A stretch of DNA of 64,000 nucleotides, taken from assembly GCA_016936595.1 (NCBI GenBank), contig JAFGXO010000171.1:1584-65583 (forward strand), written 5' to 3'. Below the pieces are notes generated by a model. It did no database searches, was not told the origin of the DNA, and saw nothing but the letters and a program-made list of their open reading frames with translations. Shown here piece by piece: positions 8,991-17,293 of this stretch (position 1 is its first letter; each line of letters begins with the position of its first letter). This DNA is from Bacteroidales bacterium (lineage in GTDB: Bacteria; Bacteroidota; Bacteroidia; Bacteroidales; JAFGUD01). Position numbers and translations under genes: made by a program.

Positions 8991-9052
8991 TGTTAGGGTT
9001 TTGAGAGTTTCAATTTTCGGGTTTCGGGTTTCGGGGTGCGGGTTTCGGGGTT
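8991..9052. repeat. G-tract intergenic element (TTAGGGTTTT...GGGTTTCGGGTTTCGGGGTGCGGGTTTCGGGG)
   Basis: Five G3-4 runs separated by 3-4-nt loops at 9019-9050, in an otherwise AT-rich spacer. It shares TTAGGGTTT, TTTCGGGTT and TTTCGGGGTG blocks with the element at 17181-17237. Confidence 0.75.
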
Positions 9053-9069
9053 CATATTTTTGTGTCATT

Positions 9070-9897
9070 TTAATAATCGTGTCTGTAGTAAATTCGGTTT
9101 TTGTATTTGTATTTATCAATTTTAAGAATATCCATAACTTTTAATGGTTCATTTTTAACTAAATTTCTGCAGGCTCTATATGCTATCCAATATGAATTTT
9201 TATTGCCGGAATCTGCTAATTTTTGCACAATTTTGTAAACTCTTTCTTTATCAATTCTTGCCCAATCACTTAAATTATTGCCAACAGACGAACGCGGATA
9301 ATCTTTTGATTCTGCAAATAAGTTTTTAATAACTTCAAAACAAAATTCAGGATTTTTTTTCAGCCAACTATTATCAGCAACGGGTCTGATAGATTCGCTT
9401 GCAAACCGCCTTGACATTGGATTATCTGAAGTAACTTGCTTTAAATACCATTTTTTCATTCTATCGGGAAATGTTTTTACAAGTTTACGAACAAAGCCGG
9501 CTGAGCATTCTCTTACTTCCCATTTTTCATCTGTTGCCGCTTGTTCAAAAATTGGTAAAACTTCTTCAATTTTTTTTGTTTCAACGCCATAAATTGAAAT
9601 TATCTGAACGCCAAAACTTCTTACAAATTGCTCAAATTGAATATTTGTATATAAATTAGAAGCAAATTCAAGCACATCTATATCATTTTGTTTAAGCATA
9701 GGATACATTTCAATACCCAATTTTTTAATTATACCATATCTACCGTACGAAATACGCTTTTTTTCAGGAATATCATTTCTAATTATTGAAATAAGTTTGT
9801 CTATTTCAGCTGCAACTTCATCAATAGTCAATACATTTATATGTTTAACTATAGTTTCTGCTAATTTTAAATGAGCTTGATTTATTAGTTGAAACAT
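9070..9897 (-). CDS. HEAT-repeat DNA alkylation repair-like protein (AlkC/AlkD superfamily)
   Basis: 275 aa, all-helical repeat character. DEKWEVRECSAGFVRKL and SSVGNNLSDWARIDKERV resemble conserved blocks of DNA-alkylation-repair (COG4335-type) proteins. The assignment is by memory of motifs only. Confidence 0.55.
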   Translation of the reverse strand: MFQLINQAHLKLAETIVKHINVLTIDEVAAEIDKLISIIRNDIPEKKRISYGRYGIIKKLGIEMYPMLKQNDIDVLEFASNLYTNIQFEQFVRSFGVQIISIYGVETKKIEEVLPIFEQAATDEKWEVRECSAGFVRKLVKTFPDRMKKWYLKQVTSDNPMSRRFASESIRPVADNSWLKKNPEFCFEVIKNLFAESKDYPRSSVGNNLSDWARIDKERVYKIVQKLADSGNKNSYWIAYRACRNLVKNEPLKVMDILKIDKYKYKNRIYYRHDY

Positions 9898-10018
9898 GAA
9901 TTTATATTATCTTTAAAGTTTAATTATCTGAAAATAAAGATATCTAAAAATAAACTAAATTCAAATAAAAATATGTTTATCATCGTAAAAATATTTTTAG
10001 ACATCAATTTAAAAACAA

Positions 10019-12505
10019 TTAATCGTTAACTCTCCAAGCCTTCCAAACATTTTGAATTGCGGGATTAATATTAACGTTAGGAGTTTGGGCTTTAAACCCA
10101 TTTTGAGGATTTAAAGTAGTGGTATTAACCTCATTACTTATTTGATCAAATAATTGACCATAAGTTAAATTACCCTTAGTATTTTGCAAAGTTTTTAACA
10201 AATAATAAGTAAATAAACCGTGCTGTTTATCAATATATTCTTGCGAAATTTCTTTTTCGGAAGAAGCAGCAAAAACCACCAAATTAGAACTAACACTATT
10301 AGCATTTGGCGGACGATATAAACCGGTTTTTGCATTAACTAACAACTGACCACTTTTACCACCACCACTAAAACAAGCATCAACAAAAACAAAAACTTTT
10401 TTGTTTCCATCAGGGCTAATTTGAGCATAAAAATCGCCTAATTTAATTCCAAAAGTTCCTATATAATCAGATTTTACACCAACAGGCACTAAATACGATT
10501 CACCTTGGTCGTCTTGAGTTCCATGACCACTATAATAAACATAAAATTCGCTTCCGTCTGGTTTACTTTTAATAAGTTTTGCAAAATTATCAATATAAAG
10601 TTTAATGTAAGTAGCATTTGCATCTTCGATATAATAAATATGATTAGTATTATCCGGAACGCCCAAAACATTAACGCAATACTGTTTAAAAATTGAAGCA
10701 TCATTTATTGAAAAAAGAATATCAACCATATCGGAGCCATGTTCAATATAATGAGAATTACCAATAATTAGAGCATACCGATTGTTATTTGCAGACCCTG
10801 CTTGAGGTATATTAACATCAACATCGCTCTGGCCAACAACAACTTGAGTGTTATCATCAATTGTTGGATCATTTGTTGGAGCGGGCACAATATTTACAGG
10901 ATCAAAGTTATTAACAACCACTATTGAATTAAAAACAACAGGAATACTTGCATCGTAAAAATATGTTTTATTGTTTACAGGATTAGTTATAGTTGCCTGA
11001 TAAATCTCTAATTTGTCTTCGGACGTTAAATTATATTTCATGTCGGTAAAAGTAAGTTTTGAAAAACTATCTTCAAAAATAGGAGCTTCGTTGATAGGAA
11101 CCGGCACGTACATTGGATTAAAATAAGTTAAAGAAATTTTAAAAACTTCGCTTTCCGAATCATAATCAAGTGTAGAAAGTTTAATATCTTTAATAAAAAT
11201 TGGTTCGCCAATTTGGCCGAAAAAAGTATCGGTAAGTTCAGTTATTTTTTGTTGACGAGTATGGATTGTTACCCTAAGTTGATAATCTTCAAGCTTTTCG
11301 TAGCGTCCTTTTTGTTGCCAATCATTAATTTTATTTTCGATGTAAGTAGTTGCTCTTTCGCGAATAGAAAAGTTCAATTTTACTAACCATAAATCTTTTT
11401 TCCCTGCCCCCCTGGATTTTGTATGTCCAACAACAGCCAAACCACCGTCAAAAGTTTTGGTAAATGCAGTAGCCTTTTCTTCTTCGGAACCACCAAAAGT
11501 ATTTTCCCACAACAAATTACCCATGTTATCTATTCCTAAAATCCAATAGTCCCAATCGCCTGCCCCCGAAGATTTTGTACTTCCGGCAATTAAATACCCG
11601 TCACCATTTGGAATAATGCTACAAAGTTCATCATTTTGTCCACCGCCATAAGTTTTATTCCAAATTTTATTTCCGTTATCATCAATTTTTATAAGCCAAC
11701 CATCAATCCAACCTGCTCCATACGATGAAGTATTCCCTGCAATAAGATAACCTCCGTCGTTAGCTTTTACAACATAAACAGCTTCGTCGCCACCACCGCC
11801 TTCTAATGAGAATTCCCATTTTACTGTGCCGACTGCGTCAATTTTTAAAGCATATAAATCAGCAAATCCATCAACTGTTGCTTGGGAATACCCAACAATT
11901 AAGTATCCATTATCCGAAGTTTGGATAATCTTATTTCCAAAATTCTTATATTGACTTTGATAGGATTTTGTCCATTTTTGAGATCCATTTTTGTCAGTTT
12001 TATACAAATTGATGGAATATTTGTCTTCTACAGAACTTGAATTACCAAGCACCATCATACCTCCATCATTTGTATTTATTACATCTAATCCATAATTACT
12101 CTCATATTGTCCAAAACTTTTATTCCACTGATTACCCAAAGAACTGCTAAATTTTAGTAAAGAGATAGTATTCCCATCAACAGAGTTTGAGAAACCAAGT
12201 GTAGCATATCCATTATCAGAAGTTTGTATAACCGAACAATAATTGGCAATAAAAACTCCTCTTGGCGAATTTTCATTTAAAAGATTTCCTTCAATATCGG
12301 TTTTTATTATCCATGGAAGCCATCCAACTCCAATCGATTGATTTCCACCAATAACTAATTCATAGTTTCTACTTTGAATAATTGATGTTGCCGATTGATT
12401 TTTTTTGTCGCCAAAAGTTTTATCCCACTCAATTTGAAGCGAACTTTGCCCCATAACAAAAAAGGAAGAGAACAATAAAAATAAAAAAAATGATAATTTT
12501 TTCAT
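10019..12505 (-). CDS. Secreted beta-propeller-repeat / caspase (peptidase C14) fusion protein
   Basis: 828 aa. Signal peptide MKKLSFFLFLLFSSFFVMGQ. About 7 degenerate ~45-aa repeats follow (xDGGYLIAGxTxSxGAGxxDxWLIKxDxxGNxxW). The C-terminal caspase fold has RYALIIGNSHY, the His dyad residue in YYSGHGTQ and the Cys in FVDACFSGG. Confidence 0.85.
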   Translation of the reverse strand: MKKLSFFLFLLFSSFFVMGQSSLQIEWDKTFGDKKNQSATSIIQSRNYELVIGGNQSIGVGWLPWIIKTDIEGNLLNENSPRGVFIANYCSVIQTSDNGYATLGFSNSVDGNTISLLKFSSSLGNQWNKSFGQYESNYGLDVINTNDGGMMVLGNSSSVEDKYSINLYKTDKNGSQKWTKSYQSQYKNFGNKIIQTSDNGYLIVGYSQATVDGFADLYALKIDAVGTVKWEFSLEGGGGDEAVYVVKANDGGYLIAGNTSSYGAGWIDGWLIKIDDNGNKIWNKTYGGGQNDELCSIIPNGDGYLIAGSTKSSGAGDWDYWILGIDNMGNLLWENTFGGSEEEKATAFTKTFDGGLAVVGHTKSRGAGKKDLWLVKLNFSIRERATTYIENKINDWQQKGRYEKLEDYQLRVTIHTRQQKITELTDTFFGQIGEPIFIKDIKLSTLDYDSESEVFKISLTYFNPMYVPVPINEAPIFEDSFSKLTFTDMKYNLTSEDKLEIYQATITNPVNNKTYFYDASIPVVFNSIVVVNNFDPVNIVPAPTNDPTIDDNTQVVVGQSDVDVNIPQAGSANNNRYALIIGNSHYIEHGSDMVDILFSINDASIFKQYCVNVLGVPDNTNHIYYIEDANATYIKLYIDNFAKLIKSKPDGSEFYVYYSGHGTQDDQGESYLVPVGVKSDYIGTFGIKLGDFYAQISPDGNKKVFVFVDACFSGGGKSGQLLVNAKTGLYRPPNANSVSSNLVVFAASSEKEISQEYIDKQHGLFTYYLLKTLQNTKGNLTYGQLFDQISNEVNTTTLNPQNGFKAQTPNVNINPAIQNVWKAWRVND

Positions 12506-12669
12506 AATAATATAATTTGAGTTTTTTGCATTTCATTAAACTTCAAAATTAAATAAAGTTTAATACTAAACCTGAAAAACAAACATCAAATTTGTTTTTA
12601 ACCATTATAAAAGTAATTTTCTGTTCATTTAGATAATTTTTATACTTTTACACAAATAATTTTTGATAC

Positions 12670-14157
12670 ATGAAAAAAACAGCATTTATATTTTTCGCAA
12701 CATTTTTACTACTAAATATCAGTTGTATCAATTCACAAAATACAATATTAACTCCACTAAAAAGTAATTTTAATTTTAAAAGTAGAGAAGTAAAAAGCAC
12801 ATTGATAATAAATCAAACATTTTTAGGAAACTGGGAGCGAAATTATTACGGCAACGAAGCTCCAGATAATTTAAACATAAACTGGACATGTTTGCTCGGA
12901 ACGGGACAAACCAGAGTTGGGGCAAATTTAGTTAAATGGTCGGGAGCCGGGTGGACAGGACAACCTCTTATGGTGAAATTAAACAATGAATTGTTTATTA
13001 TTCAAGGTGCTTATGATCATCACTTGAAAAAAATTAGAGTTTCGGACGGAAAGGTTGTTGACCAGTATGAATATGACGACGTTATTAAAGGCACGGCATC
13101 AATATGGCAAAAAGTTGATGAAAACAATAATTTTGTAGATTTTTTAATTTTACAAGGAAGCCGAAAAGGATTACAATATAGCTTAAATTCCCCTATTGTG
13201 CCAAGTTACAGAGCTGTAGCTTTTTCTAATATGCAAGATGTTTGGAAATATAACAGCATAAAAATGAGATCGTACAGTAGAGACGTTGACGCATCGACTG
13301 TAATAATTAACGACACAGCGTACTTAGGCTTAGAAAACGGATTATTTATTGTTTTTAGCCCCGATCCAAAAGATGCCCAAATTATTGATGGGATTTTACA
13401 GCCTCTTATTTACGATGTTGACACATTATTTTATCCATCTGATGCAAATACCCATGGGGGAAATCTTGTTACGGAAGCTTCGCCTACGTATATGAACGGA
13501 AAAATTTACATTAGTTCAGGAGCCGGTCACGTTTTTGCCTACAATATGAAAACTAAAAATATTGATTGGGTTTTTGATACTGGTTCTGATATGGACGGTT
13601 CTCCCGTAGTAACAAACGACGGTTGCCTTATTATTACCATTGAAAAAGAATACATCAGCGGACAAGGAGGAGTGATGAAATTAAACCCCAATTTACCACC
13701 CAATAACGCTGTAGTTTGGTTTTTTCCAACAAAAAACAAACATTTTGCTTTATGGTACGGTGGTGTTATTGGATCGGTAGGAATAAGTGATTCTTACAGC
13801 TCAACTGACAATCTTGCAGTTTTTATTGCAATCGACAGCTTTTTATACGTAGTAAAACACGACGAAATTGACAATAACATCTTAGTTTTTGGTCCGATGA
13901 AAAAGTTCCAATATTCAACCCCAAAATTAGTTTTCAAATACCAAACAGGCCCTTCAATTTCAACACCTATTATTGTTGGGAATAAAATTATTGCAGCAAC
14001 TTACAATGGCGTATATCTTTTTGAATATGACGAAAATTTAAATTTTAAACTTCTATCTCATCAAGATTTAGGCTCATTTGAAGCTACTCCTTTTGTTTGG
14101 AACAAAAAAATATATGTAGCAGGCAGAGACGGTTTATTATATTGTTTTGGTAATTAA
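12670..14157 (+). CDS. Secreted PQQ-like (BamB-like) beta-propeller repeat protein
   Basis: 495 aa with a signal peptide. It has repeated G-K-I/V-Y-hydrophobic...G.hhAh....G...W blades (for example GKIYISSGAGHVFAYNMKTKNIDWVF and KKIYVAGRDGLLYCF). Confidence 0.7.
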   Translation: MKKTAFIFFATFLLLNISCINSQNTILTPLKSNFNFKSREVKSTLIINQTFLGNWERNYYGNEAPDNLNINWTCLLGTGQTRVGANLVKWSGAGWTGQPLMVKLNNELFIIQGAYDHHLKKIRVSDGKVVDQYEYDDVIKGTASIWQKVDENNNFVDFLILQGSRKGLQYSLNSPIVPSYRAVAFSNMQDVWKYNSIKMRSYSRDVDASTVIINDTAYLGLENGLFIVFSPDPKDAQIIDGILQPLIYDVDTLFYPSDANTHGGNLVTEASPTYMNGKIYISSGAGHVFAYNMKTKNIDWVFDTGSDMDGSPVVTNDGCLIITIEKEYISGQGGVMKLNPNLPPNNAVVWFFPTKNKHFALWYGGVIGSVGISDSYSSTDNLAVFIAIDSFLYVVKHDEIDNNILVFGPMKKFQYSTPKLVFKYQTGPSISTPIIVGNKIIAATYNGVYLFEYDENLNFKLLSHQDLGSFEATPFVWNKKIYVAGRDGLLYCFGN

Positions 14158-14161
14158 AATT

Positions 14162-15196
14162 TTACAACTTTTTAATATCATCAACAGATAAGCCTGTTTC
14201 TTTAGATATTTCTTCTACTGGTGTCCCTACTTGTAACATCATTTTTGCCATTTTATTTTGAAATGTATGCTTTTCGTGTTCAGCGTTTTCTTTCTCTTGT
14301 AATGCTTTTTCTTTTTCCTGTTGAGCTTTTTCTTTTTCCTGTTGAGCTTTTTCTTTTTCCTGTTGAGCTTTTTCTTTTTCCTGTTGAGCTTTTTGAACTT
14401 CTGTTATCGCCTTTTCTCTTGCTTTCAAAGCCTCTTCTTCTTTCTTTTGAGCCTCCTTCATTTTTTTTATAGCATCATCAATAGCAGAGCGTTCTATTCT
14501 TATTCTATCCCAATAATTATCATAATAGTCCAACTCGTTTTTTGAAAAAGCTGATACTTGCAAATGTTCCAAAGCTTCTTTTATTTCTTCGTCTGCATTA
14601 AAATCTTCATCAACATTGATAGTATTTTCATTTATCTCGGTTAAAAAACGCAACCACAAATTAGTTATTTTCTTTTCTGTAAATGATTTTGGTGTAAACT
14701 TTGGTAGTTCAATAAATATCAATTCAATACCATCAATTACTTCATTAGGAATTTCTTTATGAGCTAATTTATAATGATGATAAAATTTATCTTTATATTT
14801 TTCCTCTGTAAGATAAATATCATCAACTAAACTAAGCCCATAAACGGGCAGTAATTTATCGTATTTACCTCCTCTATCTAACTGTTTTACATACGCTTTA
14901 CCCGAATTAAAAAGCATACGACTCTTAAATGAATTAGTCCAATACATTTGCATTTCCACAATAAACTGTCGGCCAAAATTGTCTGTGCACTTTACATCTA
15001 CCACTGAATGTTTTAATTCGGGAATTTCAGGCAATAACGCAGGATCTTGATAAATTAAACTTTCAATATACTGGTCATCATTTAATGGCAATAGCGAATT
15101 TAAAAAACTTTTCATTATGTTGGCATTCTGACCAAATATTTTACGAAAAGTTAAATCATTTTTTGGATCTAAATATTTTATATTACGAAAGTCCAT
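14162..15196 (-). CDS. Rpn-family recombination-promoting nuclease / PD-(D/E)XK putative transposase with a C-terminal heptad-repeat tail
   Basis: 344 aa. The N-terminus LDPKNDLTFRKIFGQ and the nuclease core VVDVKCTDNFGRQFIVEMQ are typical of the PDDEXK_2/Rpn family. The C-terminus contains (EKAQQEK)x4. Confidence 0.8.
   Translation of the reverse strand: MDFRNIKYLDPKNDLTFRKIFGQNANIMKSFLNSLLPLNDDQYIESLIYQDPALLPEIPELKHSVVDVKCTDNFGRQFIVEMQMYWTNSFKSRMLFNSGKAYVKQLDRGGKYDKLLPVYGLSLVDDIYLTEEKYKDKFYHHYKLAHKEIPNEVIDGIELIFIELPKFTPKSFTEKKITNLWLRFLTEINENTINVDEDFNADEEIKEALEHLQVSAFSKNELDYYDNYWDRIRIERSAIDDAIKKMKEAQKKEEEALKAREKAITEVQKAQQEKEKAQQEKEKAQQEKEKAQQEKEKALQEKENAEHEKHTFQNKMAKMMLQVGTPVEEISKETGLSVDDIKKL
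14305..14388. repeat. Perfect 21-bp tandem repeat x4 (GCTTTTTCTTTTTCCTGTTGA) inside the Rpn-like CDS
   Basis: Four identical contiguous copies were read directly (14305-14325, -14346, -14367, -14388), plus degenerate flanking copies. They are in frame, 7 codons per unit. Confidence 0.9.
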
Positions 15197-15262
15197 TCTG
15201 TTTTTTTACAAAAATACAAAATTTTATTCGCAATTTGTTTTACTTTTGCCAAAATTTTTAAA

Positions 15263-16672
15263 ATGAGAAAAAAAAGAAACAATAAAGTTATAGAAAATCT
15301 TGAAATAATCGACATCGTACCCGAAGGAAAAGGTCTTGGACGAAAAGATGATTTAGTAATATTTGTAAAAAATGTTGTTCCGGGAGATATTGTTGATGTT
15401 GTTATTACTCGAAATAAACCTTCTTTTAAAGAAGGAAAAGCAATAAATTTTCATAAATATTCCAATTTACGAGTTAACGCAAAATGCAGCCACTTTGATC
15501 TTTGCGGAGGCTGTAAGTGGCAAAACATTACTTACGAACAACAGCTTAAATATAAACAAAAAATTATTGAAGATGCTTTTCAGCGAATTGCTAAAGTAGA
15601 AATTGATGAAATTTTTCCTATTATGCAATCGCCGGAAACTTACTTTTATAGAAATAAATTAGAATACACTTTTTCTTCTCGAAAATGGCTCGAAAAATCA
15701 CAACTGCAAGATACTGAAAACATTAACATGAATGGATTAGGATTTCACCTGCCCGGAATGTTCGACAGAATTTTAGACATTAACCAATGCTACTTACAAA
15801 GCACTATTTCAGATAAAATTAGAAATGGTGTTCGTGAATTTGCTTTTAAAAATGAATATACTTTTTACGATACTCGCGAACATCAAGGGTTTTTACGTAA
15901 TTTAATTGTACGCAGTTCAAATTCTACAGGCGAATATATGATTGTGCTTATTGTTGGCAAAAACGATGAACAAAAAATTTCTGATATTCTGAATTTTATT
16001 GCTGATAATTATAACGAAGTAACTTCAATATATTATATTGTTAACGAAAAGAAAAATGATAGTTACTCTGACTTAGAGCCGATTTTATTTAAAGGAAACG
16101 AATTTATCATCGAAAATTTAGGCAACTTAAAATTTCAGATAGGACCAAAATCTTTCTTCCAAACAAACACAAATCAGGCTAAACAAATGTACGATGTTGC
16201 ATTAAAATTTGCCGACCTCGATGGAACCGAAACTGTTTACGATTTATATACAGGAACCGGAACAATTGCATTATATGCTTCGCAAAAAGCCAAAAATGTT
16301 ATTGGTGTTGAAATTATTAAAGAAGCCATTGACGATGCAAACAAAAATGCAAAAATTAACAATATCTCAAATGCAAAATTTGTTGTGGGCGATATGAAAG
16401 ATGTTCTTAACAATCAATTTATTGCTGAAAATGGAAAACCTGACGTTGTTTTGCTTGATCCCCCTCGTGCCGGTGTACATCAAGACGCTTTAGAGGTTAT
16501 TAAAAATGCTGAACCAAATAAAATTGTTTATATTAGTTGCAATCCGGGTACTCAAGCAAGAGATGTTGCTATTCTTTCTGACAAATACGATGTTCTTAAA
16601 ATTATGCCCGTTGATATGTTTCCGCATACTTTTCATGTTGAAAATATAGCTCTGCTTAAACTCAAAAAATAA
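15263..16672 (+). CDS. rlmD: 23S rRNA (uracil-C5)-methyltransferase RlmD/RumA
   Basis: 469 aa. It has an N-terminal TRAM-like segment, the Fe-S cysteines CSHFDLCGGCKWQ, the SAM-MTase motifs DLYTGTGTIAL and LDPPRAG, and the catalytic Cys in YISCNP. Confidence 0.9.
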   Translation: MRKKRNNKVIENLEIIDIVPEGKGLGRKDDLVIFVKNVVPGDIVDVVITRNKPSFKEGKAINFHKYSNLRVNAKCSHFDLCGGCKWQNITYEQQLKYKQKIIEDAFQRIAKVEIDEIFPIMQSPETYFYRNKLEYTFSSRKWLEKSQLQDTENINMNGLGFHLPGMFDRILDINQCYLQSTISDKIRNGVREFAFKNEYTFYDTREHQGFLRNLIVRSSNSTGEYMIVLIVGKNDEQKISDILNFIADNYNEVTSIYYIVNEKKNDSYSDLEPILFKGNEFIIENLGNLKFQIGPKSFFQTNTNQAKQMYDVALKFADLDGTETVYDLYTGTGTIALYASQKAKNVIGVEIIKEAIDDANKNAKINNISNAKFVVGDMKDVLNNQFIAENGKPDVVLLDPPRAGVHQDALEVIKNAEPNKIVYISCNPGTQARDVAILSDKYDVLKIMPVDMFPHTFHVENIALLKLKK

Positions 16673-16736
16673 TTTAAACTTTATATTTATTGTTGATAAA
16701 ACTCTTTTCAGTTATTCAACTTTAAATAAAAAACTT

Positions 16737-17186
16737 ATGAAACTTAAAAAAATACATACAAGCAAATTGATTGAATTTTTCAGCGTTTCGACAATCTACA
16801 GCATTGAGTTACCGTTAATTGAAGCCGGTATTAGTGCCGGATTCCCTTCGCCGGCTGATGATTTTTTAGATATTTCAATCGACTTAAATAAAGAGCTTAT
16901 TAAAAATCCTTCGGCTACATTTTTTGGAAGAGTTAACGGCGATTCTATGAAAGATCTTGGTATTGATGATGGCGATTTACTTATCATAGATAAAAGTATT
17001 GAACCTCAAACCGGTAAAATTGCTGTTTGTTTTATTGATGGTGAATTTACTTTAAAAACTATTCAATTTGAAGCTAATTTATGCTGGCTTGTTCCGGCTA
17101 ACGAAAAATATAAACCTATAAAAGTTACTCCCGATAATGAATTTATTGTATGGGGTATAGTAAAACACGTAATTAAATCTTTTTAG
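16737..17186 (+). CDS. umuD: Translesion polymerase V accessory subunit UmuD (S24 LexA-like peptidase)
   Basis: 149 aa. It has ISAGFPSPADDF, the catalytic Ser in VNGDSMKD and a Lys in GEFTLKT. It lies immediately upstream of umuC. Confidence 0.85.
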   Translation: MKLKKIHTSKLIEFFSVSTIYSIELPLIEAGISAGFPSPADDFLDISIDLNKELIKNPSATFFGRVNGDSMKDLGIDDGDLLIIDKSIEPQTGKIAVCFIDGEFTLKTIQFEANLCWLVPANEKYKPIKVTPDNEFIVWGIVKHVIKSF

Positions 17187-17237
17187 GGTTTCGGGTTGTG
17201 AGCTGCAAGATACGGGTTTTCGGGGTGAGAGGAGAGG
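17181..17237. repeat. G-tract intergenic element, second copy, abutting the umuD stop codon
   Basis: TTTTAGGGTTTCGGGTTGTGAGCTGCAAGATACGGGTTTTCGGGGTGAGAGGAGAGG. It shares sequence blocks with 8991-9052 and fills most of the unusual 107-bp umuD-umuC gap. Confidence 0.75.
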
Positions 17238-17293
17238 TATTCTGGTTTTAAAAAATTGCAAGCTATTGGTTGTTAATTACAAATTACTTATAA

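Noticed and set aside
8993-9002. Telomere-like TTAGGG(T) motif (also at 17183-17189 and, inverted, 2428-2437)
   Set aside because: Only single or double units occur, embedded in the G-tract elements. The context is an ordinary bacterial chromosome interior, so a telomeric function is not supported.
8887-9144. 85-aa plus-strand ORF spanning the G-tract element
   Set aside because: It overlaps the 5' end of the radical-SAM gene and the 3' end of the alkylation-repair-like gene in antisense. Its translation (FGFRVSGCGFRGSYF) is simply the repeat read through.
14305-14388. Possible CRISPR-like or phase-variation repeat
   Set aside because: The repeats are directly abutting with no spacers, only 21 bp long, and lie in frame inside a CDS. 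The unit is a multiple of 3, so slippage changes length, not frame. No cas genes are in the window.
14221-14545. Two overlapping plus-strand ORFs (83 and 74 aa) with repetitive FLFPVEL / FFFLLS translations
   Set aside because: They are artefacts of reading the 21-bp tandem repeat on the wrong strand. The minus-strand Rpn-family frame is continuous and motif-supported.
16673-16736. LexA/SOS operator upstream of umuD
   Set aside because: I looked for a convincing palindrome and found only a weak AGTT-N4-AACT. I cannot recall the phylum-specific LexA motif reliably enough to call a site.
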